Below, one piece after another: positions 56,841-64,000 of a stretch of 64,000 nt of DNA. How positions within the stretch are numbered: the first letter of the stretch is position 1; the number at the start of each line of letters is the position of its first letter. Both the position numbers and the translations under genes were made by a program. Under the pieces are notes generated by a model. The model was given only the letters and a program-made list of their open reading frames with translations. It was not told where the DNA came from and searched no databases. The DNA is taken from IMG/VR virus record IMGVR_UViG_3300008116_000076. One strand, given 5' to 3'. Source of the stretch: a virus.

Positions 56841-57537
56841 TTATTCTCTTTCCTTTATTCCACGGCGTAAACAATCTTCCCTTAGTATATCCTTCGGGTA
56901 TTTCTTGATCTTTCTTTATTCTTTTATTCTTGATACCATCATTTATCCAGATAGTGTATTTACATATATCCGCAGTTTCTGAAGTAAATGGTTTAATATA
57001 AGAACTAACTTTTGCAGCAGTCTCTGGATCTAATTTCCAAGTTCTACCTAATGAACTTTGTCTTTTGTATTCTTTAAAATTTGGATCTTTATATCTTTCT
57101 TTTAAGGATTTGGATTTTTTAATATCCATATTTACATCACGGTTTTCTTTTAGAAAATGATGTTGTCCGGATTCAACTAACTCTTTTTGTTTTATAATTA
57201 CAGATTTGGTTCTTTGTTCAGATATATCGCCAGAAACAGATGATCCATCTTCTCTTTTTAACCAAGGATGTTTACCTTGTTCTACAAGAGACTTTTGTTG
57301 CTCACTGACAAGCAACGCTCTTTCTTCTGGAGAAACTGTTACATGACCAGTGGTCATTAATGCCCAACAGGCGCCAAAGTCTCCTTGAAAATAATGAATA
57401 TCATAATGCTCCTGTGCTGTCACACACTGCAAATTATCTATATGATTATTAGAATGGTTTCCATCTTTATGATGGATATGATGACCTTTTGGAATAGGTC
57501 CAAAATGTTGTTCGTAAATACGACGATAAATAGTCAT
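56833..57537 (-). CDS. Free-standing HNH homing endonuclease
   Basis: YRRIYEQHFGPIPK, HHKDGNHSNNHIDNL, EHYDIH; start placed at ATG 57537 behind a GGAG RBS. Confidence 0.85.
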   Translation of the reverse strand: MTIYRRIYEQHFGPIPKGHHIHHKDGNHSNNHIDNLQCVTAQEHYDIHYFQGDFGACWALMTTGHVTVSPEERALLVSEQQKSLVEQGKHPWLKREDGSSVSGDISEQRTKSVIIKQKELVESGQHHFLKENRDVNMDIKKSKSLKERYKDPNFKEYKRQSSLGRTWKLDPETAAKVSSYIKPFTSETADICKYTIWINDGIKNKRIKKDQEIPEGYTKGRLFTPWNKGKRIND

Positions 57538-57609
57538 AGGCTGGCGCTCCCAATTAGCGTTAGAGTCCGTGGGAATTGGCGTTCCGTGACGGACATTAAC
57601 AATATTTAG
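57538..57609 (-). promoter_or_regulatory. Late-promoter variant plus structured leader of HNH gene 1
   Basis: CTAAATA; GTCCGT/ACGGAC stem; RBS hairpin; homologous to 60021-60086. Confidence 0.65.
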
Positions 57610-57626
57610 TTTGAGAGCGTTTTTAC

Positions 57627-57830
57627 TCATTCTTCCTCTTCCTCTTTATATTTCCAGCCCGATAGGCTTTCTGTGTCGGGTTCTACTTCCAAATCATTTA
57701 CAAAAACTTTTCCTTTAGGAAATCCTTGTATTATACAACAAGACATTCCTTCTTTGGCATATGGAACAAAAGTCCACTCTTTGTCCTCGAAATGCTCCCA
57801 TCTTACGACCCATTTGATATTTTCAATCAT
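57627..57830 (-). CDS. Hypothetical protein
   Basis: ORF in operon. Confidence 0.5.
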   Translation of the reverse strand: MIENIKWVVRWEHFEDKEWTFVPYAKEGMSCCIIQGFPKGKVFVNDLEVEPDTESLSGWKYKEEEEE

Positions 57831-57833
57831 TTT

Positions 57834-58169
57834 CTATTCTACTACCTCTTTCCCTACATCTGGACCAAAGTCCACTGCTCTATGATTTTCTCTTTTATAT
57901 ATGAATTTCTTCTTTTGTTCTGGAGTCCATGATGCTGTGTAGTTATTCAACTCATCGAACATCCTTATATATTCTTCTTCTGATATGACCCTATGTGAGA
58001 AGATATCCTCACTAACATGTTCTTGTGCAAATTCTTCAAGTTTAGTTGAATCATTCAAACAATCAATAACATCATCAAGTGCATATTCATTCGGTTCATC
58101 ATCATTTAGTTCAACTGCATAAACGTGACGAAACATAGAAATTGTCTCAACTAATACGATCTTAGACAT
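57834..58169 (-). CDS. Hypothetical protein
   Basis: VLVETISMFRHVY; ORF in operon. Confidence 0.6.
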   Translation of the reverse strand: MSKIVLVETISMFRHVYAVELNDDEPNEYALDDVIDCLNDSTKLEEFAQEHVSEDIFSHRVISEEEYIRMFDELNNYTASWTPEQKKKFIYKRENHRAVDFGPDVGKEVVE

Positions 58170-58368
58170 TCTTCACCCATTTATTGCCAAAAAATATATA
58201 TTGCATTTTGCGATGAAACCAATTAGGTACATTACCCTTCGTGGGTACCCAAACAAGACCATTGAGATCGCTACCAAACAAATAACATTTCCACTGATCA
58301 TATTCAGGTAAAATAATTTTATAATCTTCATAACCATATGGATTTATTTTTTCATCATTTTTACTCAT
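58162..58368 (-). CDS. Hypothetical protein
   Basis: TAATG overlap start; PNWFHRKMQYIFFG. Confidence 0.55.
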   Translation of the reverse strand: MSKNDEKINPYGYEDYKIILPEYDQWKCYLFGSDLNGLVWVPTKGNVPNWFHRKMQYIFFGNKWVKNV

Positions 58369-58673
58369 TACCAAAATCTCCACCAAGGTTTCTTTTCAAT
58401 CTCAAAGTCATCCATTACATCTTTTTCTTTTGGATCTTCTTTTATGATCAATTCCAAAGGCATGGCAAACTTCAACCAGTTCATAAATGGCACTCCTGGT
58501 TTCTTTAGAGCGAGAACAATCCACGGTTGAAATGTTGTGTTATCCATAAATGTGCTTACAGTCAGAAAATCGTCTTCGGTCCAGTTACGAAACTTGTCTC
58601 TTTTCATAATATTATCAAGTTCTTCTTTAGTCTCGATAATTGTTGCTTTAAATGTATATTCTTTATGTTTCAT
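58368..58673 (-). CDS. Hypothetical protein ending in KKPWWRFW
   Basis: TGATG overlap start; flanked by a 25-bp direct repeat. Confidence 0.6.
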   Translation of the reverse strand: MKHKEYTFKATIIETKEELDNIMKRDKFRNWTEDDFLTVSTFMDNTTFQPWIVLALKKPGVPFMNWLKFAMPLELIIKEDPKEKDVMDDFEIEKKPWWRFW

Positions 58674-58699
58674 CACCAAAATCTCCACCAAGGTTTCTT
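58370..58699. repeat. 25-bp direct repeat ACCAAAATCTCCACCAAGGTTTCTT (58370-58394, 58675-58699)
   Basis: Exact match seen in the sequence. Confidence 0.9.
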
Positions 58700-59440
58700 C
58701 TCGTCCGTCTCATATAAATCATCTAGATTATCATAAAGAACTTTCTCAAATTCTTCACCTAAACGCTCCATTTTGATTGGTTCTGGAAACCAATAATCTT
58801 TCAATGAAGGGAAATGCTTTAGAATTTCTTCCTGTGCAGCAAGAGCAATCAAACGATGTTCTTTCTGTGTGCCTTCATCTGCACGAACGTCAATGTAATG
58901 AATCCAAGAACGAAGCGTCCCTGACATATATAGACGGGTTGTGGTTAGACCTTCTGGTAGAATAGCACGAGCCTGTTCCTTTGCTACACCATTCTCAATA
59001 GCCCATCGATAAGAACCACTAGCAATAGTTGTAACAGTTTCTTGATATAGTTCCCAATCTGCTAATAACTTTTCATCATCCGTCTCAATACTATTCTGAC
59101 GGTTCTTGTGATCCTGTAGTCGTGCCTCTCTTGTTACGAAACCCATATCCTCGGTAGGATTGGAGTATCTTTGTGAGAACTCCTGAAAACTAAAGGATCT
59201 ATGTCTGATGATTTGATGGGCGATGTCCCTGGTGGTTACTATATCCATTGTAATAGAAACTTGCTCGAAGATGGACCAATGTTTGTTATTGATACAATAA
59301 CGGAGAAGTTTGGATGAAGTTTCTTTATTCATTTGGTTGCTTGGATTGCTTACACGGGCAGTATAAGCCACAAACTCCTCGGCAGTATCAATGCCCTCTA
59401 CCAGAGGTTTGGTGACGGCGATGATTTTAGCAGTATTCAT
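58673..59440 (-). CDS. thyX: Flavin-dependent thymidylate synthase
   Basis: ARVSNP, HWSIFE, RHRSFSFQEFSQRY, ARAILP, LRSWIHY. Confidence 0.95.
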   Translation of the reverse strand: MNTAKIIAVTKPLVEGIDTAEEFVAYTARVSNPSNQMNKETSSKLLRYCINNKHWSIFEQVSITMDIVTTRDIAHQIIRHRSFSFQEFSQRYSNPTEDMGFVTREARLQDHKNRQNSIETDDEKLLADWELYQETVTTIASGSYRWAIENGVAKEQARAILPEGLTTTRLYMSGTLRSWIHYIDVRADEGTQKEHRLIALAAQEEILKHFPSLKDYWFPEPIKMERLGEEFEKVLYDNLDDLYETDEKKPWWRFW

Positions 59441-59441
59441 T

Positions 59442-60020
59442 TCACTTACCTTTCATTTTACAGTTATCAAAATGCCATCTATACATAGCACCCCTTTGAC
59501 CTATCTTACCACAATGAGGACATTCTATATCTGGTTGATTTAGAAAATTGTGTGTTCCTTCATCCAATCTCTTTTTGGTAATCATTTTTGATAGTTGGCG
59601 TTGTCTTTCATTATCACAAAAAGGATGGGTGCCATCTTTCATTCTCTTTACAGAAGGATTGCTTTCGCCAAGAAAGTGGTGTGTTCCATTCCTAACTTTT
59701 TCCTTTTCTCTTTCACTCGCCTTATCTCCATCAAGCCAGTTGTGCGTTCCTTCCTCAACTCTCTTTTTCTGGATTTTCTTAGCAAGTTCTGATTGTTCTT
59801 CTGCTGAACAATTCATTCTTTGGGATATACGAAAACAGGCACCCCAATCGTGTTGTTTGTGGTGAATGTCGTAGTGTTCTTGGATAGTCAATGCTACAAG
59901 ATTAGATGGGTCATTGTTCTTACGATTGCCATCTATGTGATGGATATCATAAGTTCTTCCTTCTGAATCTTTTGGGATTGGACCGAAATGTTGCTCGTAG
60001 AGACGGCGATAAATACTCAT
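59442..60020 (-). CDS. Free-standing HNH homing endonuclease
   Basis: YRRLYEQHFGPIPK, HHIDGNRKNNDPSNL, C-terminal CPHC..RWHFDNCK; start placed at ATG 60020. Confidence 0.85.
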   Translation of the reverse strand: MSIYRRLYEQHFGPIPKDSEGRTYDIHHIDGNRKNNDPSNLVALTIQEHYDIHHKQHDWGACFRISQRMNCSAEEQSELAKKIQKKRVEEGTHNWLDGDKASEREKEKVRNGTHHFLGESNPSVKRMKDGTHPFCDNERQRQLSKMITKKRLDEGTHNFLNQPDIECPHCGKIGQRGAMYRWHFDNCKMKGK

Positions 60021-60086
60021 GCTGGCACTCCTAAACAGTGTTAGAGTAGGCGGGACTGGTACTCCGTGGCCTACATCACTATTTAG
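60021..60086 (-). promoter_or_regulatory. Late-promoter variant plus structured leader of HNH gene 2
   Basis: CTAAATA; GTAGGC/GCCTAC stem; RBS hairpin. Confidence 0.65.
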
Positions 60087-60099
60087 TAAAACAGCACTT

Positions 60100-60297
60100 T
60101 CAGTCATCTTGTTTCCTTCCTTTCCAAAAAAGATATATCTCATCGGAAATTACGGTGTCCATACCCCAAACATCTACTTCTGCTTTTATAGATTTTGGTA
60201 GTTGAGAAGTGTAGATTTCCATAAGTTCTTCATCGGTTCTCAATTTACCATCACATTCATAAAGAATGTCATGTAACCGTTCTACATCAATGCTCAT
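60100..60297 (-). CDS. Hypothetical protein
   Basis: ORF with ATGA overlap. Confidence 0.5.
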   Translation of the reverse strand: MSIDVERLHDILYECDGKLRTDEELMEIYTSQLPKSIKAEVDVWGMDTVISDEIYLFWKGRKQDD

Positions 60298-60572
60298 TGA
60301 TCCATCCACCATGTTATCTTAGGATTAGTCGTTTCGTATTCTTCTACGATTTCATCAAGAGTCCATATACGGTATGGAGTCGTGAAATTATCCAACCAAG
60401 CACTAAATCTATTCCAATCATCACCTTTCATCATAGGAAGGCCAATTTCGGTATATTCAGGAACATCGCCTGAAACATCAATACGACCAGTAGACCAATC
60501 ATTACCATTTTCTTCTATCCATTTAGTATTGATTGGACCCATCCAGTTTGTTGAGTAATGTATAGTCATCAC
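60294..60572 (-). CDS. Hypothetical protein
   Basis: Trp-rich ORF in operon. Confidence 0.55.
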   Translation of the reverse strand: MMTIHYSTNWMGPINTKWIEENGNDWSTGRIDVSGDVPEYTEIGLPMMKGDDWNRFSAWLDNFTTPYRIWTLDEIVEEYETTNPKITWWMDQ

Positions 60573-60760
60573 TTTTCCATCTTTTCATACATCTTCTTAT
60601 AGATATCATATTCATCTACATGGACATACTCTTCCATACCATTATCTCTAACCTGTACCATTTTGTATTCTGTAAGGTCGACAGACGATTTCTTTGTCAT
60701 TTCGACATGAATTTTACCTCGATTATCTGTCATATGTCTTATTACAATAAAATCACTCAT
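60569..60760 (-). CDS. Hypothetical protein
   Basis: DLTEYK..EEYVH resembles 62407..62763. Confidence 0.5.
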   Translation of the reverse strand: MSDFIVIRHMTDNRGKIHVEMTKKSSVDLTEYKMVQVRDNGMEEYVHVDEYDIYKKMYEKMEK

Positions 60761-60963
60761 TATTCTTCCCTTCTATACACAATCTTTTTTGCTAGTATTT
60801 CATCACCGCATTTCACACAGATTTCACCGCTGCCAGGTCCACCCATACCATCAATCGTTTCACCACAAAGAGAACACGACCATATAGCAGCAGTTACAAA
60901 GGTGTTAGGATTGTATGGAATAGTTCGTTTCACTAGTTCATAATAAACGGTATCGTTAGACAT
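60760..60963 (-). CDS. Small Zn-ribbon protein
   Basis: CSLC...GMGGP...CVKC. Confidence 0.55.
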   Translation of the reverse strand: MSNDTVYYELVKRTIPYNPNTFVTAAIWSCSLCGETIDGMGGPGSGEICVKCGDEILAKKIVYRREE

Positions 60964-61103
60964 CACCTATTCCTTCTCTTATACAAGATTTCCGCCACAA
61001 CAAAGGAATCCATACCAGGAAAGTATCCTTTTTCCTGGAGATATTCAGCCTGTCTAATATACATCATCTGTTCTCGGAAGTCAAGTTCTTTCCAGGATTT
61101 CAT

Positions 61104-61313
61104 CTATGGCGACCAGTGCTTATGATCGATTAGATACTTTAGGAGTTTTGGTGCAGTGAGGGTGTTGTATTGATTACCGGGATTAGAAACACGGGCAGTA
61201 TAGGCAATGAACTCTTCGGCGTTCATTGGACGAGTGTTAACGTCACCATATTTTCCATCTGTCTCGATTTTCATAATTGACTGTGTTACTGCAATAATCT
61301 TAGCGTTGTTCAT
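61104..61313 (-). pseudogene. Truncated N-terminal thyX paralog
   Basis: AKIIAVT..AEEFIAYTARVSNP..KLLKYLI..KHWSP-stop matches the ThyX N-terminus only. Confidence 0.75.
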
Positions 61314-61555
61314 TTGTTACTCTTTCCATTATTAAACGATTCTTTTTCAACAATCCATAACTTCTTCTGCTCATAGTTATGATAATATTCTAGGACATGA
61401 TCTATAGCACATCAGTTTGGTCATGGTCTAGTTCAATATTGTATTTCATTATCTTTCTCACCAGTTCTCTGTCACAAACTGTTTGTCCCAACAATGAGCA
61501 TATCGATCATTGTGAAACACTAGAACTATCCCGTCATACATGAAGCAGTAGTTCA

Positions 61556-61833
61556 TCACTCACCTTTTGGTTCTGGGAACATTTCTTTCGCTTGTTCGTA
61601 AGCCTTATCTACCAGATGATTTTTTTCTATAACATAGTTACTTGCTACATACCAAAGTTGTTTTTCAACAATGATCTTACCGTTCTTTATTAGCTTCTCA
61701 GGAATAGCCGAAGAACTGCAACTATGTCTCCAAGCGCTTTCTGCTTGGATAAGAATATCATACCAGTTGTATGATGGTGGAACGTTCTCTGCTCTACCAT
61801 TCGAAAGAATAATCACATATACATCGTCAGTCA
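61556..61833 (-). CDS. Hypothetical protein (start approximate)
   Basis: ORF with GGAGGAG RBS. Confidence 0.5.
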
Positions 61834-61877
61834 TTTCTATCTCCTCCACGTTGACCTCCTCTATATTTGTCTGGCCA

Positions 61878-62156
61878 TCAGAAAATATCCTTTACGTCTT
61901 TGAGACCCTCAAGGTATTCATCAAATATCTTTACCATATCTTCCTTAACCAACTCTCGGCACTTCTTTATGATAAGAAGATATTCATTTTGAACCTTATC
62001 ATGCGAGAGTTCAACATAGTCCGTAGCAATGAAATTGACTAGTTGTTCATACTTACGAAGACGCTCGATTTCATCAGCGGCTTCTTCAGAAGTTTGCTGA
62101 TCGTATCCATTGAAAAAGCATGGTTCACGCAGTCGCTTCACAATATCTTCACTCAT
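61878..62156 (-). CDS. Hypothetical protein (DIVKRLR..EAADEIERLR type)
   Basis: Motif common in small phage early proteins. Confidence 0.55.
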   Translation of the reverse strand: MSEDIVKRLREPCFFNGYDQQTSEEAADEIERLRKYEQLVNFIATDYVELSHDKVQNEYLLIIKKCRELVKEDMVKIFDEYLEGLKDVKDIF

Positions 62157-62407
62157 TCCAAGAAACTCCCTATGTCTGGCGTTACCAAATCTAAACAAGG
62201 AACATAGAACTTCGCATACGTCTTATCTACATATCCTATAACTTTAGGTTCTATACCTCTTCTCCACCCGATCCACTCGTCTGCGGAAGTATTATAGTAT
62301 ATCGCTTTGTAAAAACAATCATTCATTTCGTTATTGAAATAGTATGTGTAATAGTATCCAGATCGGTTAGGTTTGGCATCAGGATACTTACTCCACGTAT
62401 AGGTCAT
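62153..62407 (-). CDS. Hypothetical protein
   Basis: KPNRSGYY motif; in operon. Confidence 0.55.
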   Translation of the reverse strand: MTYTWSKYPDAKPNRSGYYYTYYFNNEMNDCFYKAIYYNTSADEWIGWRRGIEPKVIGYVDKTYAKFYVPCLDLVTPDIGSFLE

Positions 62408-62763
62408 CAGTCTTTCGCCTTCATCCTCAAGAAAGTGGTGACAGCCTTTTCTTCACACGGTTCACTTATATATGATAGTATCGCACCATGCCTCATCATC
62501 AGACCATTGAATTTGCGATACTCTTCATAGAAATGCTCGTATTCATCTTTATGAACCCATTCCTCTGTGGTCTCTGAAAACATTCGGATACACCTATAAT
62601 CTGTCAGGTCAAGTTTTTCGTTATTCTTAGCGAATGTTAACTCTGCCATATCCGAATCTTCACACTTTCGCCTTATCATAACATACTCCGATTCTGCTTT
62701 ATTCTTGGTCATGTGTAGGCTCCTTTCCACTAAAAATATACACAATGCTTCGTCATTAGTCAA
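62407..62763 (-). CDS. Hypothetical protein
   Basis: ORF in operon. Confidence 0.55.
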   Translation of the reverse strand: MTNDEALCIFLVERSLHMTKNKAESEYVMIRRKCEDSDMAELTFAKNNEKLDLTDYRCIRMFSETTEEWVHKDEYEHFYEEYRKFNGLMMRHGAILSYISEPCEEKAVTTFLRMKAKD

Positions 62764-63400
62764 GAACCTCTAGAATACGCTGGCGCTTTTCTTCAAACTG
62801 TTGACAGGTCATCTGAAACAGTTTTTCAAGAGCATCTAGTTTAGATTGAGTTTCTGCTTGATTACGCAAGGCTTCGTCACGCTCTTTAGCCACATGCTTC
62901 AATGTAGCGTAATGGCCATTACGCTCTGAAATGGCGGCATCGAGGTCGGCTTCGGCTTTGTCAGCCCGCAAAGCATCGGGGCGACTACGCCACTCTACGA
63001 CTTCCTTTGTCAGCATCTCACATCGCTCATTGGCTACGGCAAGGTCGGTACGGAGGCGGGTGATTTCGTCGGCAACTTTCTCAGACACGTAATGCCCCGT
63101 CTTGTCTATGTCTACGACGACTAGTCCATGTGGACCAAGGCGTTCCCGTAATTTTTCGACTTCCTCATTAGCGGCATCGAGGTCGGCACGAAGTTTCTTT
63201 ACAAGTTTCTCTATTTGAACTACTGAGTCTGTAATCGATCCGTCATTAGGTGCTCCCATTAGTTCAGCATTGACTGAAATCAAATCAGTGTAATGCTTCT
63301 TAAACTCATTGGCTGCGGCGAGTTCGGCACGAAGCCGCAGATTTTCCTCATATACGCTTTCTCTTACTTGCTTCAATTGCTGCTGATGAATGTCATTCAT
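62756..63400 (-). CDS. Coiled-coil protein with LRA(E/D)LxAANE repeats
   Basis: Three to four imperfect repeats; 15-bp DNA repeat GGCATCGAGGTCGGC. Confidence 0.6.
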   Translation of the reverse strand: MNDIHQQQLKQVRESVYEENLRLRAELAAANEFKKHYTDLISVNAELMGAPNDGSITDSVVQIEKLVKKLRADLDAANEEVEKLRERLGPHGLVVVDIDKTGHYVSEKVADEITRLRTDLAVANERCEMLTKEVVEWRSRPDALRADKAEADLDAAISERNGHYATLKHVAKERDEALRNQAETQSKLDALEKLFQMTCQQFEEKRQRILEVLD

Positions 63401-63505
63401 CACTGTTCCCCCATAATCCAAACATATCCATCACTATTAAGATCAGAAATACACAGCCAAAAACAACATAACATTTGACAAACTGTTCTTCGCTCATTAA
63501 TTGTC

Positions 63506-63676
63506 TCACAATTTAACTTTTATTCCCAAAAGTTCTTTTGCATGTTCAATTGCTTCTTCAATTGCTTCTTCAATTGCTTCTGAGTATGCAAGCTTGCGTT
63601 CATCAGATTCTTTATTTTTAATAAGAGTTAAGACAAAAAGAATCTTCTTTAGCTTATTTGTTTCTTCATCGGTCAT
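63506..63676 (-). CDS. Hypothetical protein with EAIE tandem repeat
   Basis: GAGGAG RBS; 12-bp tandem TTCAATTGCTTC x3 at 63545-63580. Confidence 0.55.
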   Translation of the reverse strand: MTDEETNKLKKILFVLTLIKNKESDERKLAYSEAIEEAIEEAIEHAKELLGIKVKL

Positions 63677-64000
63677 GTTTTTCTCCTCATAATTTATGAA
63701 ACTCTTTTTTAAAAAGAGTAATGTCAGGACTAATCTCTATCATAAAATCTTCTTCAAAATACCATGGGCAATAATTTTCTTTTTGTTCGTTTGAAGAACA
63801 GTCAAAATATTCCTGAAATCTTTCTTTCCATACGTTTCTGTCGTTCATAATTCAATTACCTCATATGTCTGTTCAAAAATAGCAGGAGCCACAGGATAAA
63901 ACTCGCCATACACTCCTTTAATTATATAATCTCGTAGTCGTGCAGTCATAACACCTTCTAGTGTTATAATCTGAATAGAAGGTTCTGCATTATCTTCTCT

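Noticed and set aside
54954-60143. Group I introns or inteins in nrdJ/thyX
   Set aside because: Both genes are uninterrupted and of normal size; the HNH genes are free-standing.

Overview
This 64 kb window is part of a large T4-like (Tevenvirinae-related) myovirus genome. The host is probably an alphaproteobacterium: tRNA-His lacks G-1 and has A73, and the phage carries a class II RNR and a BA14K-like secreted protein. Layout: 1-6.1 kb tail-fibre/adhesin module; 6.1-20.9 kb syntenic T4 virion module (gp13-gp23, gp3) with TATAAATA late promoters; 20.9-32.3 kb recombination/replication genes (uvsY, uvsW, 55, 47, 46, 45, 44, 62, regA) plus accessory enzymes; 33.2-39.8 kb RNA-gene island with 24 tRNAs (a 25th lies on the minus strand at 52.6 kb) and several non-canonical structured RNAs; 41.7-64 kb minus-strand block (exonuclease, phoH, rnh, NDP-heptose pathway with glycosyltransferase, clpP, wall hydrolases, nrdJ, thyX, two HNH endonucleases, many small ORFs). 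The most striking unexplained system is a tandem array of five covarying stem-closed RNA units (39395-39792) directly upstream of a Ro60/TROVE-like DUF2828-vWA gene. Each unit has an invariantly positioned C(A/C)GCAA motif, units are joined by a 9-nt linker, and they carry tRNA-derived cargo (anticodon stem-loops and one circularly permuted tRNA). This looks like a phage Ro-like protein with an array of Y-like RNAs. Also notable are a mini tmRNA-like Ala-acceptor RNA, an anticodon-less tRNA mimic, and a covarying RNA leader shared by both HNH genes. All calls come from motif recognition by eye; no database searches were run.
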